A program made the translations under genes and the position numbers. From contig JANPGB010000286.1 in the NCBI GenBank assembly GCA_031423695.1, positions 1 through 53,423 on the forward strand: DNA of 53,423 nucleotides, in the 5' to 3' direction. Positions 9,477-18,878 of the stretch are shown here, in pieces (the stretch's first letter is position 1; every line of letters starts with the position of its first letter). The stretch is from Verrucomicrobiota bacterium. Lineage in GTDB: Bacteria > Verrucomicrobiota > Verrucomicrobiia > Limisphaerales > CAIQOK01. The notes under the pieces were generated by a model that saw only the letters and a list, made by a program, of their open reading frames with translations, had not been told where the DNA came from and did no database searches.

Positions 9477-9536
9477 CAAAAGAGGGCACCGCTTCGGGAT
9501 TGAAAAGGAAGTGCTTTATCCACATCTTGGGCCGCG

Positions 9537-10508
9537 ATGAGTCCACTCGTACAGGCCCGCCAAGTCTTTGACATTGAAATCGCCGCCCTCAAGGCGGTGC
9601 GGCGGGAGCTCGACGGCGCGTTTGCAGCGGCGGTGGAAACCATCGTGCAGGCCGTCAAGCGCCGGGGAAAAATCGTCATCGTCGGCATCGGCAAGTCCGG
9701 CAACATCGGCCAGAAAATCGCCGCCACCCTCACCAGCACTGGCTCCACCAGCGTCGTCCTCAACAGCGTGGACGCGTTGCATGGCGATGTCGGCGTGGTC
9801 AACGACGGCGACGTGATTCTCGCGCTGAGTTATTCCGGCGAGTCGGAGGAGCTGTTGAACCTGCTGCCCGCGCTCAAGCGGTTTTCCGTCCAGATCATTT
9901 CCCTGACCGGCAATTTGAAATCCTCGCTCGCCCGGCACAGCGACGTTTCGCTCAACGTCAAAGTGCCCAAGGAGGCGTGCCCGTTCAACCTCGCGCCCAC
10001 GTCCAGCACCACCGCGATGCTCGTGATGGGCGACGCGCTCGCAATGGCCGTGTTGCAGGCGCGGGGTTTCAAGCAGAGCGATTTCGCCCGGTACCATCCC
10101 AGTGGTGCGATCGGCCGCGCGCTGTTGCTGCGCGTCGGCGACATCATGCGCACGGGCGAGCGCAACGCGGTCGCGAAAGCCAATCTCACCGTCAAGGAGG
10201 CGCTGCTGGTGATGACGCGTGCCAAGTCGGGCAGCCTGGCCATCGTGGATGCGCGCGGCAAACTGGCGGGGGTGTTCACGGACGGTGATTTCCGCCGGCA
10301 CATGGCCAGCGACGACAACTTGCTGGCGCAGCCGTTGAAAAAATTGATGACGCGCCACCCGATTTGCATCCGCGATGATGCGCTGGCGGTGGAGGCGTTG
10401 AAGATTTTCAACGAACGGAACATCGACGACCTGATCGTGGTGAACGCCCGGCGGGAGCCGGTGGGCCTGGTGGACTCGCAGGATTTGCCGAAACTCAAAA
10501 TCGTATGA
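9537..10508 (+). CDS. kdsD: Arabinose-5-phosphate isomerase (SIS plus tandem CBS domains)
   Basis: GKIVIVGIGKSGNIGQKIAATLTSTGSTSVVLNSVDALHGDVGVV is the KpsF/GutQ signature. CBS repeats follow at the C-terminus. Confidence 0.9.
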   Translation: MSPLVQARQVFDIEIAALKAVRRELDGAFAAAVETIVQAVKRRGKIVIVGIGKSGNIGQKIAATLTSTGSTSVVLNSVDALHGDVGVVNDGDVILALSYSGESEELLNLLPALKRFSVQIISLTGNLKSSLARHSDVSLNVKVPKEACPFNLAPTSSTTAMLVMGDALAMAVLQARGFKQSDFARYHPSGAIGRALLLRVGDIMRTGERNAVAKANLTVKEALLVMTRAKSGSLAIVDARGKLAGVFTDGDFRRHMASDDNLLAQPLKKLMTRHPICIRDDALAVEALKIFNERNIDDLIVVNARREPVGLVDSQDLPKLKIV

Positions 10509-11284
10509 CCCGTTACGCTGAAAAAATTATGAACCTGGCTTGCCGACTAATAGTCGCCACCACCCTTGGCCTTCTCGCACCCATGAACACCCATGCACAA
10601 TCCACCAGCGGGACGCTGGCCACCGAACAGCTCCACTGGAAAGTCACGCAGTCCGGCGAACTGTCCTATCTGGTTTATCTGCCGAAGGATTATTCCGCCA
10701 CCAACGGCCAGCGCTGGCCGCTGATGCTGTTCCTACACGGCGCGGGCGAACGTGGTTCGGACGTGCAACGCGCCGGCGTCCACGGACCGATGAAACTGGT
10801 CAAGCAGGGTACCAATTTTCCGTTCATCATCATCGCGCCGCAATGCCCCGAAAAGCAGATCTGGCAGAGCGAACCGTTGCTCCAGTTGCTCGACCAGGTC
10901 GCGGCGAAATATGCGGTGGATCCGAAACGGATCTACCTCACCGGCCTGAGCATGGGCGGTTACGGCACCTGGCAGCTGGGCCTGCGGCATCCCGAAAAAT
11001 TTGCGGCCCTCGTGCCGATCTGCGGGGGTGCCAATGTGATCGAGGCCCTCCTCGGCCCCGGCGACAAGGGCCAAGCGTTGCTGAGTCTGCCCATCTGGGC
11101 GTTTCACGGCGCGAAAGATGACGTGGTGCCGCTGGACGAATCCGAGCGCATCGTGAACGGGCTGAAAAAGCGCGGCGTGCGGGATGTGAGGCTCACGGTT
11201 TATCCCGAAGCCAAACATGATTCGTGGACGGAGGCTTACCAGAATCCCGCGCTCTATGAATGGCTCGCAAAACAATCCCGCTGA
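10505..11284 (+). CDS. Secreted alpha/beta-hydrolase (phospholipase/carboxylesterase family)
   Basis: Signal-like MNLACRLIVATTLGLLAPMNTHA; PLMLFLHGAGERGSD; nucleophile elbow GLSMGGYG; FHGAKDDVVP. The ATGA overlaps the kdsD stop, and ATG 10529 is an alternative start. Confidence 0.8.
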   Translation: MTRYAEKIMNLACRLIVATTLGLLAPMNTHAQSTSGTLATEQLHWKVTQSGELSYLVYLPKDYSATNGQRWPLMLFLHGAGERGSDVQRAGVHGPMKLVKQGTNFPFIIIAPQCPEKQIWQSEPLLQLLDQVAAKYAVDPKRIYLTGLSMGGYGTWQLGLRHPEKFAALVPICGGANVIEALLGPGDKGQALLSLPIWAFHGAKDDVVPLDESERIVNGLKKRGVRDVRLTVYPEAKHDSWTEAYQNPALYEWLAKQSR

Positions 11285-11309
11285 AACGAAACCAAGCAAC
11301 TCAAACATC

Positions 11310-11993
11310 ATGCGCTCCCTGCTGGTCGTGATTTTCTCAGCCCTGTCCCTCACGCTGGCGGTCGGCGTGGAAGTGATCGGCCTGCCGTCCGTTGAAGTTT
11401 CCAACTCCCGGGCCGTGGTGCGCTGGCGGACGGATGTGTCCGCCGGGACCCGGCTCCAGATTTCGCCCCCGGCGACGATCCTCCCCGGCGACAAGACCCC
11501 GGACACCGACCACACCGCCACCGTCACCTCGCTCAAGCCCGGCGTGAAATACACCGTCAAGGTCGGCACTGCGCGCGTCTGGCTCGCCACAAATGAGTTC
11601 ACCACCTCCGGAACCACGGCACCGCCGCCCGTCACGGAAAACCGCGCTGCCGAACATGCCAAACCCGCCCCGCCCGCCGCCCCGCCCACCCGAAAAATCT
11701 GGGGCAACCTGCCGTCGCTCCAGGATCACTTCGACCGGCATGGAAAAGATTTTGGCGCAAAAAATCCCGACGACTACGCGCGCCAGGCGTGGGAATTTCT
11801 CCAGCGCGCGAAGACCGACGGCCTGCCCGCCAAGGTGGACGACGAGGGCGTGCTGCGAATTTTTGATCCGAAGTCAGGCGCGTTTGGTTCCTATAATGCG
11901 GACGGAACCGTCAAAACATTTTTCAAGCCCGGCAGCCGCGATTACTTTGAACGCCAGCCCGGCCAAAAGGTGAAACTTAAAACCAAACCCTGA
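11310..11993 (+). CDS. Secreted protein: signal peptide, FN3-like domain, Pro-rich linker and a C-terminal BECR-like (RNase-toxin-like) domain
   Basis: In-frame ATG at 11310 gives MRSLLVVIFSALSLTLAVG. VEVSNSRAVVRWRTDV...TVTSLKPGVKYTVKV is FN3-like. The linker is APPPVTENRAAEHAKPAPPAAPP. The C-terminus reads LQDHFDRHGKDFGAKNPDDYARQAWEFL...VLRIFDPKSGAFGSYNADGTVKTFFKPGSRDYFERQ. Confidence 0.7.
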   Translation: MRSLLVVIFSALSLTLAVGVEVIGLPSVEVSNSRAVVRWRTDVSAGTRLQISPPATILPGDKTPDTDHTATVTSLKPGVKYTVKVGTARVWLATNEFTTSGTTAPPPVTENRAAEHAKPAPPAAPPTRKIWGNLPSLQDHFDRHGKDFGAKNPDDYARQAWEFLQRAKTDGLPAKVDDEGVLRIFDPKSGAFGSYNADGTVKTFFKPGSRDYFERQPGQKVKLKTKP

Positions 11994-11994
11994 C

Positions 11995-12264
11995 ATGAAG
12001 CACCTTTGTCCGGTTTGCGGCTATCCTCATCTGACCGAATCACCGCGTAGCCCGAGCGGTGGCGGCTCGTTTGAAATCTGTCCGAGTTGCGGATTCCAGT
12101 TCGGTGTCAGCGACGCCGACCGGGGATTTACCCACGCCCAATGGCGCACGGCCTGGAAAAAAGGCGGACTAAAATGGTCGAGCCAGCAAAAGCCGCCGCC
12201 CAAGTGGGATGCCGCCGCGCAACTCCTGCTTCTGCCAATCGAAAAGTCCCGCCGCAAAAAATGA
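11995..12264 (+). CDS. Small zinc-ribbon (CPxCG...CPxCG) protein, Cys_rich_CPCC-like
   Basis: 89-aa ORF starting 1 nt after the previous stop. It has CPVCGYPHL...FEICPSCGFQFG, then W-rich RTAWKKGGLKWSSQQKPPPKWDAAAQL. Confidence 0.65.
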   Translation: MKHLCPVCGYPHLTESPRSPSGGGSFEICPSCGFQFGVSDADRGFTHAQWRTAWKKGGLKWSSQQKPPPKWDAAAQLLLLPIEKSRRKK

Positions 12265-12279
12265 CCGCTGGCAATTGTG

Positions 12280-12354
12280 GTAGGGCGCGTCACGCCGTGC
12301 GCGCCGCTGTTCCTGCCAACCTAGCCCCGGCGCGCGCGGAGCGACGCGCCCCAC
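12280..12354. repeat. GC-rich hairpin element, family H, copy 1
   Basis: gggcgcgtcacgccgtgcgcgccg (12283-12306) pairs imperfectly with cggcgcgcgcggagcgacgcgccc (12328-12351). It is framed by gtaggg...cccacc and sits just after the stop at 12264. Confidence 0.5.
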
Positions 12355-12421
12355 CAACGGCTGCTCCTGATTTCTTTCCGCTCGTAACCGCCGCCTCTTC
12401 TGGTGCATCGTGGTGATACGA

Positions 12422-14584
12422 ATGAAACCGTTCGCGCGCATTTTTCTGCTGACCTTCGGGGTGGCCGGAATTTCCGGGTGCCATCCGTTCGTCACCAAAC
12501 TTGAAACGACCAACACCGTGAACACCAACGCCACCAACCCCGCGCATACCAACCGCCTCGCGCGCGAAAAATCCCCCTACCTCCTCCAGCACGCCCACAA
12601 TCCCGTGGACTGGTTTGCTTGGAATGACGAGGCGTTCGAAAAAGCCCGCCGTGAAAACAAACCCATCTTCCTGAGCATCGGTTACTCGACCTGCCATTGG
12701 TGCCACGTCATGGAGCGCGAGTCGTTCGAGGACGAAAAGATTGGCGCATATCTCAACGCCCACTTCGTCAGCATCAAGGTGGACCGCGAGGAGCGGCCCG
12801 ACGTGGACAAGATTTACATGACCTTCGTGCAGTCCACGACCGGCTCCGGCGGCTGGCCGATGAATGTTTTCCTGACCACCGATCTGAAACCCTTTTACGG
12901 CGGCACGTATTTTCCGCCGGATGCACGTTATGGGCGGCCCAGTTTTCTGCAACTGCTGGAACACATCCACCAGCTTTGGGAAACACGGCGCGACGACTTG
13001 AACGCTTCCGCCGCCGAAATCCACACCCGGCTGGAAGGGATGGCGGAAACCAAGGTCAGCAATGCTCGGCTCGCACTCACCGCCGCCGTGCTGCAACAGG
13101 CCGGCCTGCGCTTCAAGGAATCTTACGATCCGCGCAACGGCGGCTTCGGGAGTGCGCCCAAGTTCCCGCAGCCAAGCCAGCCTCAACTGCTGTTGCGGTA
13201 TGCCCGGCGTTTTCAGGACGAGGAGGCGCAGGGCATGGTGCTGCACATGTGCGACAAGATGGCGGCGGGCGGGATTCACGACCAGCTCGGCGGCGGCTTT
13301 TCGCGCTACTCGGTGGATGCCGAATGGCTCGTGCCGCATTTCGAAAAGATGCTCTACGACAACGCGCAGCTCGTGCAGCTCTATCTGGACGCCTTTCTCG
13401 TCAGCGGCGAAGCGCGGCACGCGGCGGTGGCGCGGGACATCCTCGATTATGTGCTGCGCGACATGACGCATCCCGACGGCGGGTTTTATTCCGCCGAAGA
13501 CGCCGACAGCGAAGGCATCGAGGGAAAATTCTACTGCTGGACGCGCGCGGAGTTGTCCAGGCTGCTGACGACCGAGGAATTCAACGTGGCCGTCCGTTGC
13601 TTTGGCATCACCGAAAACGGGAACTTCATTGACCACAGCCATCCGCAGCCGCTGCCGAATCAAAACGTGTTGAGTATTGTCGAGCCGCCAACTGCCAGCG
13701 ACGAAGCCTTGTTCAATTCCGCCAAGGCAAAAATGCTCGGCGTCCGCAATCACCGCATCCGCCCGCATCTGGACGACAAGGTTCTCGCGTCCTGGAACGG
13801 CCTGATGCTCGGCGCCTTCGCCCGCGCTTCCGTCGTGCTGGGTGAGGAAAAGTATCGCGCGGCGGCGGAGAAAAACGTGGCGTTCCTTCAGGCAAATCTC
13901 TGGGACGCAAAATCCAAAACCCTTTACCACCGCTGGCGCGACGGCGAGCGCGACCAGGTGCAACTGCTCGAAGCCTACGCGTCGCTGTTGGCCGGAGTGA
14001 TCGAACTTTACGAAGCCACGCTGGAACCGAAGCATCTCGAATTTGCCAACGACCTCGCTCAAGCGATGCTCGCAAAGTTTTACGACGCGGAACACGGCGG
14101 CTTCTGGCAGAGCGCGGCAGATGCGAAGGATTTGATTCTGCGCGTGAAGGAGGATTACGACGGCGCGGAGCCTTCCGGCAATTCCGTCGCGCTGCTGGCG
14201 CTGCTGAAGCTGGGGGCGATCACGGGGCGTCAGGAATTTTCCGGGGCCGCCGAGAAAAGTCTGCGGCTGTTCGCGGAGCGCTTGCAGCAGGTACCGCAGG
14301 CCGTGCCGTACATGTTGCAGGCGCTGGATTTTTCGTTGCAGGAACCGAAGCGGGTCGTGGTGGTGGGAGACATGGATTCCACGGATTTTCACGGATTGTT
14401 GCAAGCGGCCCATTCGGTTTATCAACCAAACAAGGTGGTGCTGGGGAATGTCGGTGCGGTGGAAGAATTCGCGCGAACTTTGTCGGCAAAAGAGAAGCCG
14501 CTCGTTTATCTCTGCGCGGGCAATGCCTGTCAGGCACCGACGAGTGAGGTGGCCGAAGTGAAGAAAAACTTGTCGCCGCCTTAG
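12422..14584 (+). CDS. Thioredoxin-domain (DUF255) / YyaL-type protein with an N-acylglucosamine-2-epimerase-like alpha-toroid; lipoprotein signal
   Basis: [20 protein letters not shown] (lipobox); [54 protein letters not shown]. The track start at 12410 is GTG and the ATG is at 12422. Confidence 0.9.
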   Translation: MKPFARIFLLTFGVAGISGCHPFVTKLETTNTVNTNATNPAHTNRLAREKSPYLLQHAHNPVDWFAWNDEAFEKARRENKPIFLSIGYSTCHWCHVMERESFEDEKIGAYLNAHFVSIKVDREERPDVDKIYMTFVQSTTGSGGWPMNVFLTTDLKPFYGGTYFPPDARYGRPSFLQLLEHIHQLWETRRDDLNASAAEIHTRLEGMAETKVSNARLALTAAVLQQAGLRFKESYDPRNGGFGSAPKFPQPSQPQLLLRYARRFQDEEAQGMVLHMCDKMAAGGIHDQLGGGFSRYSVDAEWLVPHFEKMLYDNAQLVQLYLDAFLVSGEARHAAVARDILDYVLRDMTHPDGGFYSAEDADSEGIEGKFYCWTRAELSRLLTTEEFNVAVRCFGITENGNFIDHSHPQPLPNQNVLSIVEPPTASDEALFNSAKAKMLGVRNHRIRPHLDDKVLASWNGLMLGAFARASVVLGEEKYRAAAEKNVAFLQANLWDAKSKTLYHRWRDGERDQVQLLEAYASLLAGVIELYEATLEPKHLEFANDLAQAMLAKFYDAEHGGFWQSAADAKDLILRVKEDYDGAEPSGNSVALLALLKLGAITGRQEFSGAAEKSLRLFAERLQQVPQAVPYMLQALDFSLQEPKRVVVVGDMDSTDFHGLLQAAHSVYQPNKVVLGNVGAVEEFARTLSAKEKPLVYLCAGNACQAPTSEVAEVKKNLSPP

Positions 14585-14630
14585 GAGCGCTGGAGGATCA
14601 AAGATTTGTAGCCTATCGAGATTAGGCCGT

Positions 14631-15101
14631 TCATCTGACAAAAGAAGGAAACCCATAGTGTGATTTGCCATCAAACAGATAGTCGGTCGAAAGGCTTTTC
14701 GATCGGCTGACGTCCCATTTCCCGGACTGCTTGACCCAAACATCCTCAAAGGAATCAATCGCCTCTATTTTGACAACCTTCTTGGTTTCGGGATCAGTGG
14801 CCAAAATACTATCGTTATACTCTACCACGACGACTGCCGTGTCGTCTTGCAATGAAAACTTTTTGATGGTTCTTAGCTGACGCATTGATTTGTCATCTAC
14901 CTTGAAGGCGGTTGGCCAATGTAAAACAAAAGGATGTTTGGACGTTCCTGATGCATATAGGGGAGAGCAATAGATGTCCATAATCGTCTGGCGTGCCTGT
15001 GCGACGGCATCATTCTCCGCCACTGGCGCTGAGGAATCACCTGCAAATCGCGCGCAACCCGAAAACAAAAGGGCAGCGAGAAAAGTGCAAATAGGCTTCA
15101 T
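14631..15101 (-). CDS. Small lipoprotein, hypothetical (NTF2-like by composition), in an AT-richer islet
   Basis: ATG at 15101 gives MKPICTFLAALLFSGC (lipobox). The segment is visibly AT-richer than its flanks and is flanked by 18-bp direct repeats. Confidence 0.6.
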   Translation of the reverse strand: MKPICTFLAALLFSGCARFAGDSSAPVAENDAVAQARQTIMDIYCSPLYASGTSKHPFVLHWPTAFKVDDKSMRQLRTIKKFSLQDDTAVVVVEYNDSILATDPETKKVVKIEAIDSFEDVWVKQSGKWDVSRSKSLSTDYLFDGKSHYGFPSFVR

Positions 15102-15287
15102 ACACAATTAAGACACATCTGGAGTCATTGTCTTAGACGAATTCAAGTCGTTCGTGCGCATCGGCCTAACAGTGAGTTGACGCCTCGATTTGCAGCCTAT
15201 CAAGTTTCATGTTTGGACGTTATTTCCGACGCAATGGGTTGTCGAACCCAAAGTTTTTCCCGCGATGCTGCAGTCACGAGGAACATC

Positions 15288-15455
15288 GTAGCGGCAGGCA
15301 TCCTTGCCTGCCGTAGAGCCGTGGCTTCCAGCCCGGCGGAAAAAACTCACTGCCACCCGAACGCTAGAAACTTTCGGGAGCGCTCACGCATTCGTCCGTC
15401 TGTTCCGGGCGGCAGGATGCCGCCCTCTACGTCAGGCAAGGATGCCTGACGCTAC
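15288..15455. repeat. MITE-like element, family D
   Basis: The left end gtagcggcaggcatccttgcctgccgtagag matches the reverse complement of the right end ctctacgtcaggcaaggatgcctgacgctac at 29 of 31 positions. Each end is itself a hairpin (ggcaggcatccttgcctgcc). Confidence 0.7.
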
Positions 15456-15465
15456 GCCCCCGTCT

Positions 15466-16026
15466 TTAATTTTGCGACAAGTCCTCTGGCATTTCGGAAA
15501 GGAGTTTATATTTCCAGCCCATCCGGCCGAGGATGTGTTTCCACAGCTTGGCGGGGTCGCTTTCGAAGACCAGCTCCAAAGAGGCTGGATGCGTCAGCCA
15601 GGCTTCGCGCTTCATTTCGTCCTCCAACTGCCCCGCACTCCAGCCCGCGTAGCCGGCGAACATTTTGACTTTGCGCGTTGGGGAAAAAGATTCGCCCAGG
15701 TCCACCAGTTCGTCCAGCGAGTGACCGAGACTGAGGTTGGGCATGACGGTTGCGTCGGGAATGAACGCGTCGCTGTGCAGATAACTCAGGGCGGCCGGCT
15801 GCACCGGGCCGCCGAGGTAAAGCGGGAGTTCCTTGAGCGTGTCCGGCAGATCGGCCACAACCAGTTCGCCGACCTTGCTTTTGGCGGATCGGTTGAGCAC
15901 CAGGCCGAACGCGCCCTCGGCATCGTGCTGGCAGATGAGAACGACCGTCCGCTGGAAGAAGGAACCGCTCAGTTGCCCGCTGTCCAGCAGCAACTGGCCT
16001 TTGAGATATTGTCCCGGCTCGCTCAT
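15466..16026 (-). CDS. YqgE/AlgH family protein (UPF0301)
   Basis: LKGQLLLDSGQLSGSFFQRTVVLICQHDAEGAFGLVLNR...LYLGGPVQP...FAGYAGWSAGQLEDE. The ATG is at 16026 and the track start at 16038 is TTG. Confidence 0.85.
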   Translation of the reverse strand: MSEPGQYLKGQLLLDSGQLSGSFFQRTVVLICQHDAEGAFGLVLNRSAKSKVGELVVADLPDTLKELPLYLGGPVQPAALSYLHSDAFIPDATVMPNLSLGHSLDELVDLGESFSPTRKVKMFAGYAGWSAGQLEDEMKREAWLTHPASLELVFESDPAKLWKHILGRMGWKYKLLSEMPEDLSQN

Positions 16027-16124
16027 ATTGTGCCGCAATCTGCCTCATGACGCGGCCGCTGGCAACGGCGGGATTGCGGAGACGCCGGGGGGTGCGATTG
16101 AAGGTGGGCGGGGGCGGGTTTTGA

Positions 16125-16145
16125 CTCCTCCTCCTCCTCCTCCTC
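16125..16145. repeat. (CTC)7 microsatellite
   Basis: Direct read: ctcctcctcctcctcctcctc. It lies in the yqgE-tkt intergenic region and is followed by gaggacgagaacaacgacgaggacgaa low-complexity sequence. Confidence 0.8.
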
Positions 16146-16231
16146 GAAATCCCTTGTAAGACCGAGGGCGAGGACGAGAACAACGACGAGGACGAACCGT
16201 TGCGCCAGTGCATCCAGAATCCGTTGCGGAC

Positions 16232-18067
16232 TTACAGCGACTTGACCTTTTTGACAATCGCCGCCGCATCAATGCCGAAGTGCGCGAGCAATTCCTCCGC
16301 CTTGCCGGAGCGGGGGATGCCGTGGACGGCGAGCTTGTGGACTTTGATTCCGTCCGCGCTGAGTTCGCCCGCGACCGCGTCGCCCAGGCCGCCCTCGGCG
16401 TAATGGTCTTCCACGGTGATGACGGTGTTCTTCGTTTTTTGCGCGGCCGCCTGGATGACGTCCTTGGCCAGCGGCTTGATGCTGTAAGCGTCAATGACGG
16501 TGATGCCGATGCCCTCCGCCTTCAAAGTGTCCGCCGCTTTCAAAGCCTCGAACAACGTCACGCCCGCCGCGACGACGGTGACTTTGTCCCCCGCATTCTG
16601 CCGCACGACTTTCGCGCCGCCGATGGGAAACTGTTCGTCGTTGCCGTAGATCACCGGCGTCTTGGGACGCGAGGTGCGCAGGAAGCAGACGCCCTTTTTC
16701 AAAGCCATCTGTTCGAGCAGCTTTTCCGTGCTGACGGCATCGCTCGGATACAGGACCGTGCTGCCGGCCACGGCGCGCATCATGGCGAGATCTTCCAGCG
16801 CCATCTGCGACGGGCCGTCCTCCCCGATGCTCACCCCGACGTGCGAGCCGACGAGCTTGAGGTTCGTCTGTGAAATACCCGCGACGCGGATCTGGTCGAA
16901 GGCGCGGGTGAAAAATGTGGCGAACGTGGACGCGAACGGCACCTTGCCGCGCGCGCCGAAACCGGTGGCCACGCCGACGAGGTTTTGTTCCGCGATGAAG
17001 CATTCGGTGGAGCGTTCCGGGAACTGCTTGAAAAACTTTTCCGCGTAGGTGGAATTTTTCGTGTCGCCGTCCAGCGCGACGATCCGCTGATCCGCCGCGC
17101 CAAGGCGGGCCAGGGCGGTGCCGTAGGCTTCGCGCGTGGCGATCTTGTCGCCAAGCTTGTAGCTGATCGGCGGAAAGCCGGCGGGCGCTGCGTTGTTGGG
17201 CGCGGGCAGCTGCGTCGGTGCGGCGATAGTCACGTCCAAACCGGTTTTGGCTTTGGGTTCGAGTTCCGTGTACGCGACGGCCGCTTCTTCCTGGCTCAGC
17301 GGCTTGCCGTGCCAGCCGTCTTTGTCCTGCATGAGCGACACGCCCGCGCCTTTGAAGGTCCGGGCCAGAATGACGAGGGGTTGCTCGCCGAGGCCGTCGG
17401 CGGCGAGGACTTCGAGAATTTCCTCCATGTCATGGCCGTCAATCACCTCGGTGCGCCAGCCAAAGGCGGCGAAACGTTTCTGGTAAACTTCAATGGCGGG
17501 GCCGAACGCGGTCTCCTGGCTCTGGCCGAGGCGGTTCACATCCACTATGGCGACGAGATTGTTCAGCTTGCAGACGCCCGCGAGCGAGGCCGCCTCCCAG
17601 ACCGCGCCTTCCGCGATTTCGCCGTCACCGAGCAGCACGTAGGTTTTGAAATCGAGATGGTCGAGCTTCGCGCTCAGCGCCATGCCGACGCCCACGCTCA
17701 AGCCCTGGCCGAGCGAGCCGGTCGCCACGTCCACGAACGGCAGGCGCGGGGTGGGATGGCCTTCCAGGTCGTTGCCGAACTGGCGGAGTTTCAAAAGTTC
17801 GCTGACGGGAAACAGACCGAGTTCCGCCCAGACTGCGTAGAGCAGCGGCGCGGCGTGGCCCTTGGAAAGAATGAACCGGTCGTTGTTGTGAAAGTGAGGA
17901 TTTTTCGGGTCGAACTTCATGTGCGCGAAAAACAGCGCCGCGACCACGTCCGCCGCCGAGCAGCACGAGCTGGGATGCCCGCTTCCGGCCGCCGTCGTGG
18001 CTGCGATGGAGTGGATGCGCAGCTGGTTGGCAATGCCCTGGATTTTCTCGATATTGATGTCGTTCAT
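16232..18067 (-). CDS. tkt: Transketolase (about 610-aa single-chain form)
   Basis: GSGHPSSCCSAADVVAALFF...RFILSKGHAAPLLYA, GSLGQGLSVGVGMA and a C-terminal pyrimidine-binding region (FIAEQNLVGVATG). Confidence 0.9.
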   Translation of the reverse strand: MNDINIEKIQGIANQLRIHSIAATTAAGSGHPSSCCSAADVVAALFFAHMKFDPKNPHFHNNDRFILSKGHAAPLLYAVWAELGLFPVSELLKLRQFGNDLEGHPTPRLPFVDVATGSLGQGLSVGVGMALSAKLDHLDFKTYVLLGDGEIAEGAVWEAASLAGVCKLNNLVAIVDVNRLGQSQETAFGPAIEVYQKRFAAFGWRTEVIDGHDMEEILEVLAADGLGEQPLVILARTFKGAGVSLMQDKDGWHGKPLSQEEAAVAYTELEPKAKTGLDVTIAAPTQLPAPNNAAPAGFPPISYKLGDKIATREAYGTALARLGAADQRIVALDGDTKNSTYAEKFFKQFPERSTECFIAEQNLVGVATGFGARGKVPFASTFATFFTRAFDQIRVAGISQTNLKLVGSHVGVSIGEDGPSQMALEDLAMMRAVAGSTVLYPSDAVSTEKLLEQMALKKGVCFLRTSRPKTPVIYGNDEQFPIGGAKVVRQNAGDKVTVVAAGVTLFEALKAADTLKAEGIGITVIDAYSIKPLAKDVIQAAAQKTKNTVITVEDHYAEGGLGDAVAGELSADGIKVHKLAVHGIPRSGKAEELLAHFGIDAAAIVKKVKSL

Positions 18068-18181
18068 GAAGCGCGCAGCCTACCAGCGGGAGGTGAAAGG
18101 AAAAGCAGAATGTTCCATTGCCGGGACCACGCCGGCAAACTTTGGCCTTTGAACCGGCGGATTTTTTCATACCTTCTCCGC

Positions 18182-18868
18182 ATGGTAAATTCAGGCAAAG
18201 CAAGAAAAGCGGCGTTCAAAATGATTTTGATCACGCTGATCGCCCTGCTGGTGCTGCTGGCGGCGGCGGTGCTGGGCTGGCTGATCTCCACCACCATCGT
18301 GGCGGTGTGGGGGATTTTCCTGGCGGTGTGGGTCGTCTTCGCGCTCTTCACGCTCTACTTTTTCCGCGACCCGACGCCCCGCGTGCCGACGGACCGGAAC
18401 CTGGTGGTCTCGCCCGGCCATGGCAAGGTGGACGTGGTGGACACCACCAGCGAACCGGCCTTCATGGGCGGCGAGTGCCAGCGCGTTTCCATTTTTCTCT
18501 CCGTCTTCGATGTGCATGTCCAGAACGCGCCGGTGGGCGGCCGGGTCGCGCATTTCAAATACACCGAGGGCCAGTTCCTCAACGCGATGAAGACCGAATC
18601 CGCCACCCAGAACGAAAACGTGCTGATCGGATTTGAAGCCAATGAACCCAAGGGCACCAAGCTCGGCATCCGTCTGATCGCCGGCCTGATCGCCCGGCGC
18701 ATCGTGCCGTGGGTGGAGAACGGCACCGCCGTGGCGCGCGGCGACCGCATCAGCCTGATCCAGTTTGGCTCGCGCGTGGACGTGTACCTGCCGCGCTCGG
18801 CCAGCATCAAAGTCAAGATCGGCGACCGCGTCGTCGGGGGCGAAACCGTGCTCGCGGTGCTGGACTGA
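18182..18868 (+). CDS. psd: Phosphatidylserine decarboxylase proenzyme (short membrane-anchored type)
   Basis: In-frame ATG at 18182 (alternative 18221). N-terminal TMs, then VSPGHGKVDVV, RVSIFLSVFDVHVQNAPVGG and QFGSRVDVYLP (GS cleavage motif). The track ORF from 16985 is an antisense extension. Confidence 0.85.
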   Translation: MVNSGKARKAAFKMILITLIALLVLLAAAVLGWLISTTIVAVWGIFLAVWVVFALFTLYFFRDPTPRVPTDRNLVVSPGHGKVDVVDTTSEPAFMGGECQRVSIFLSVFDVHVQNAPVGGRVAHFKYTEGQFLNAMKTESATQNENVLIGFEANEPKGTKLGIRLIAGLIARRIVPWVENGTAVARGDRISLIQFGSRVDVYLPRSASIKVKIGDRVVGGETVLAVLD

Positions 18869-18878
18869 GGAACCTTCC

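Noticed and set aside
9516-9524. Perfect DnaA-box consensus TTATCCACA upstream of kdsD
   Set aside because: It is a single isolated box with no cluster or AT-rich unwinding element nearby. One 9-mer in 53 kb is compatible with chance.
12290-14758. 822-aa minus-strand ORF, the longest antisense ORF in the window
   Set aside because: It lies entirely antisense to the well-supported yyaL-like gene. Its Arg/Gly/His-rich composition is typical of shadow ORFs in GC-rich DNA, and it has no family resemblance.
16985-18181. N-terminal 400 codons of the 627-aa track ORF 16985-18868
   Set aside because: This part is antisense to transketolase. Only the segment from ATG 18182 onward has phosphatidylserine decarboxylase motifs.
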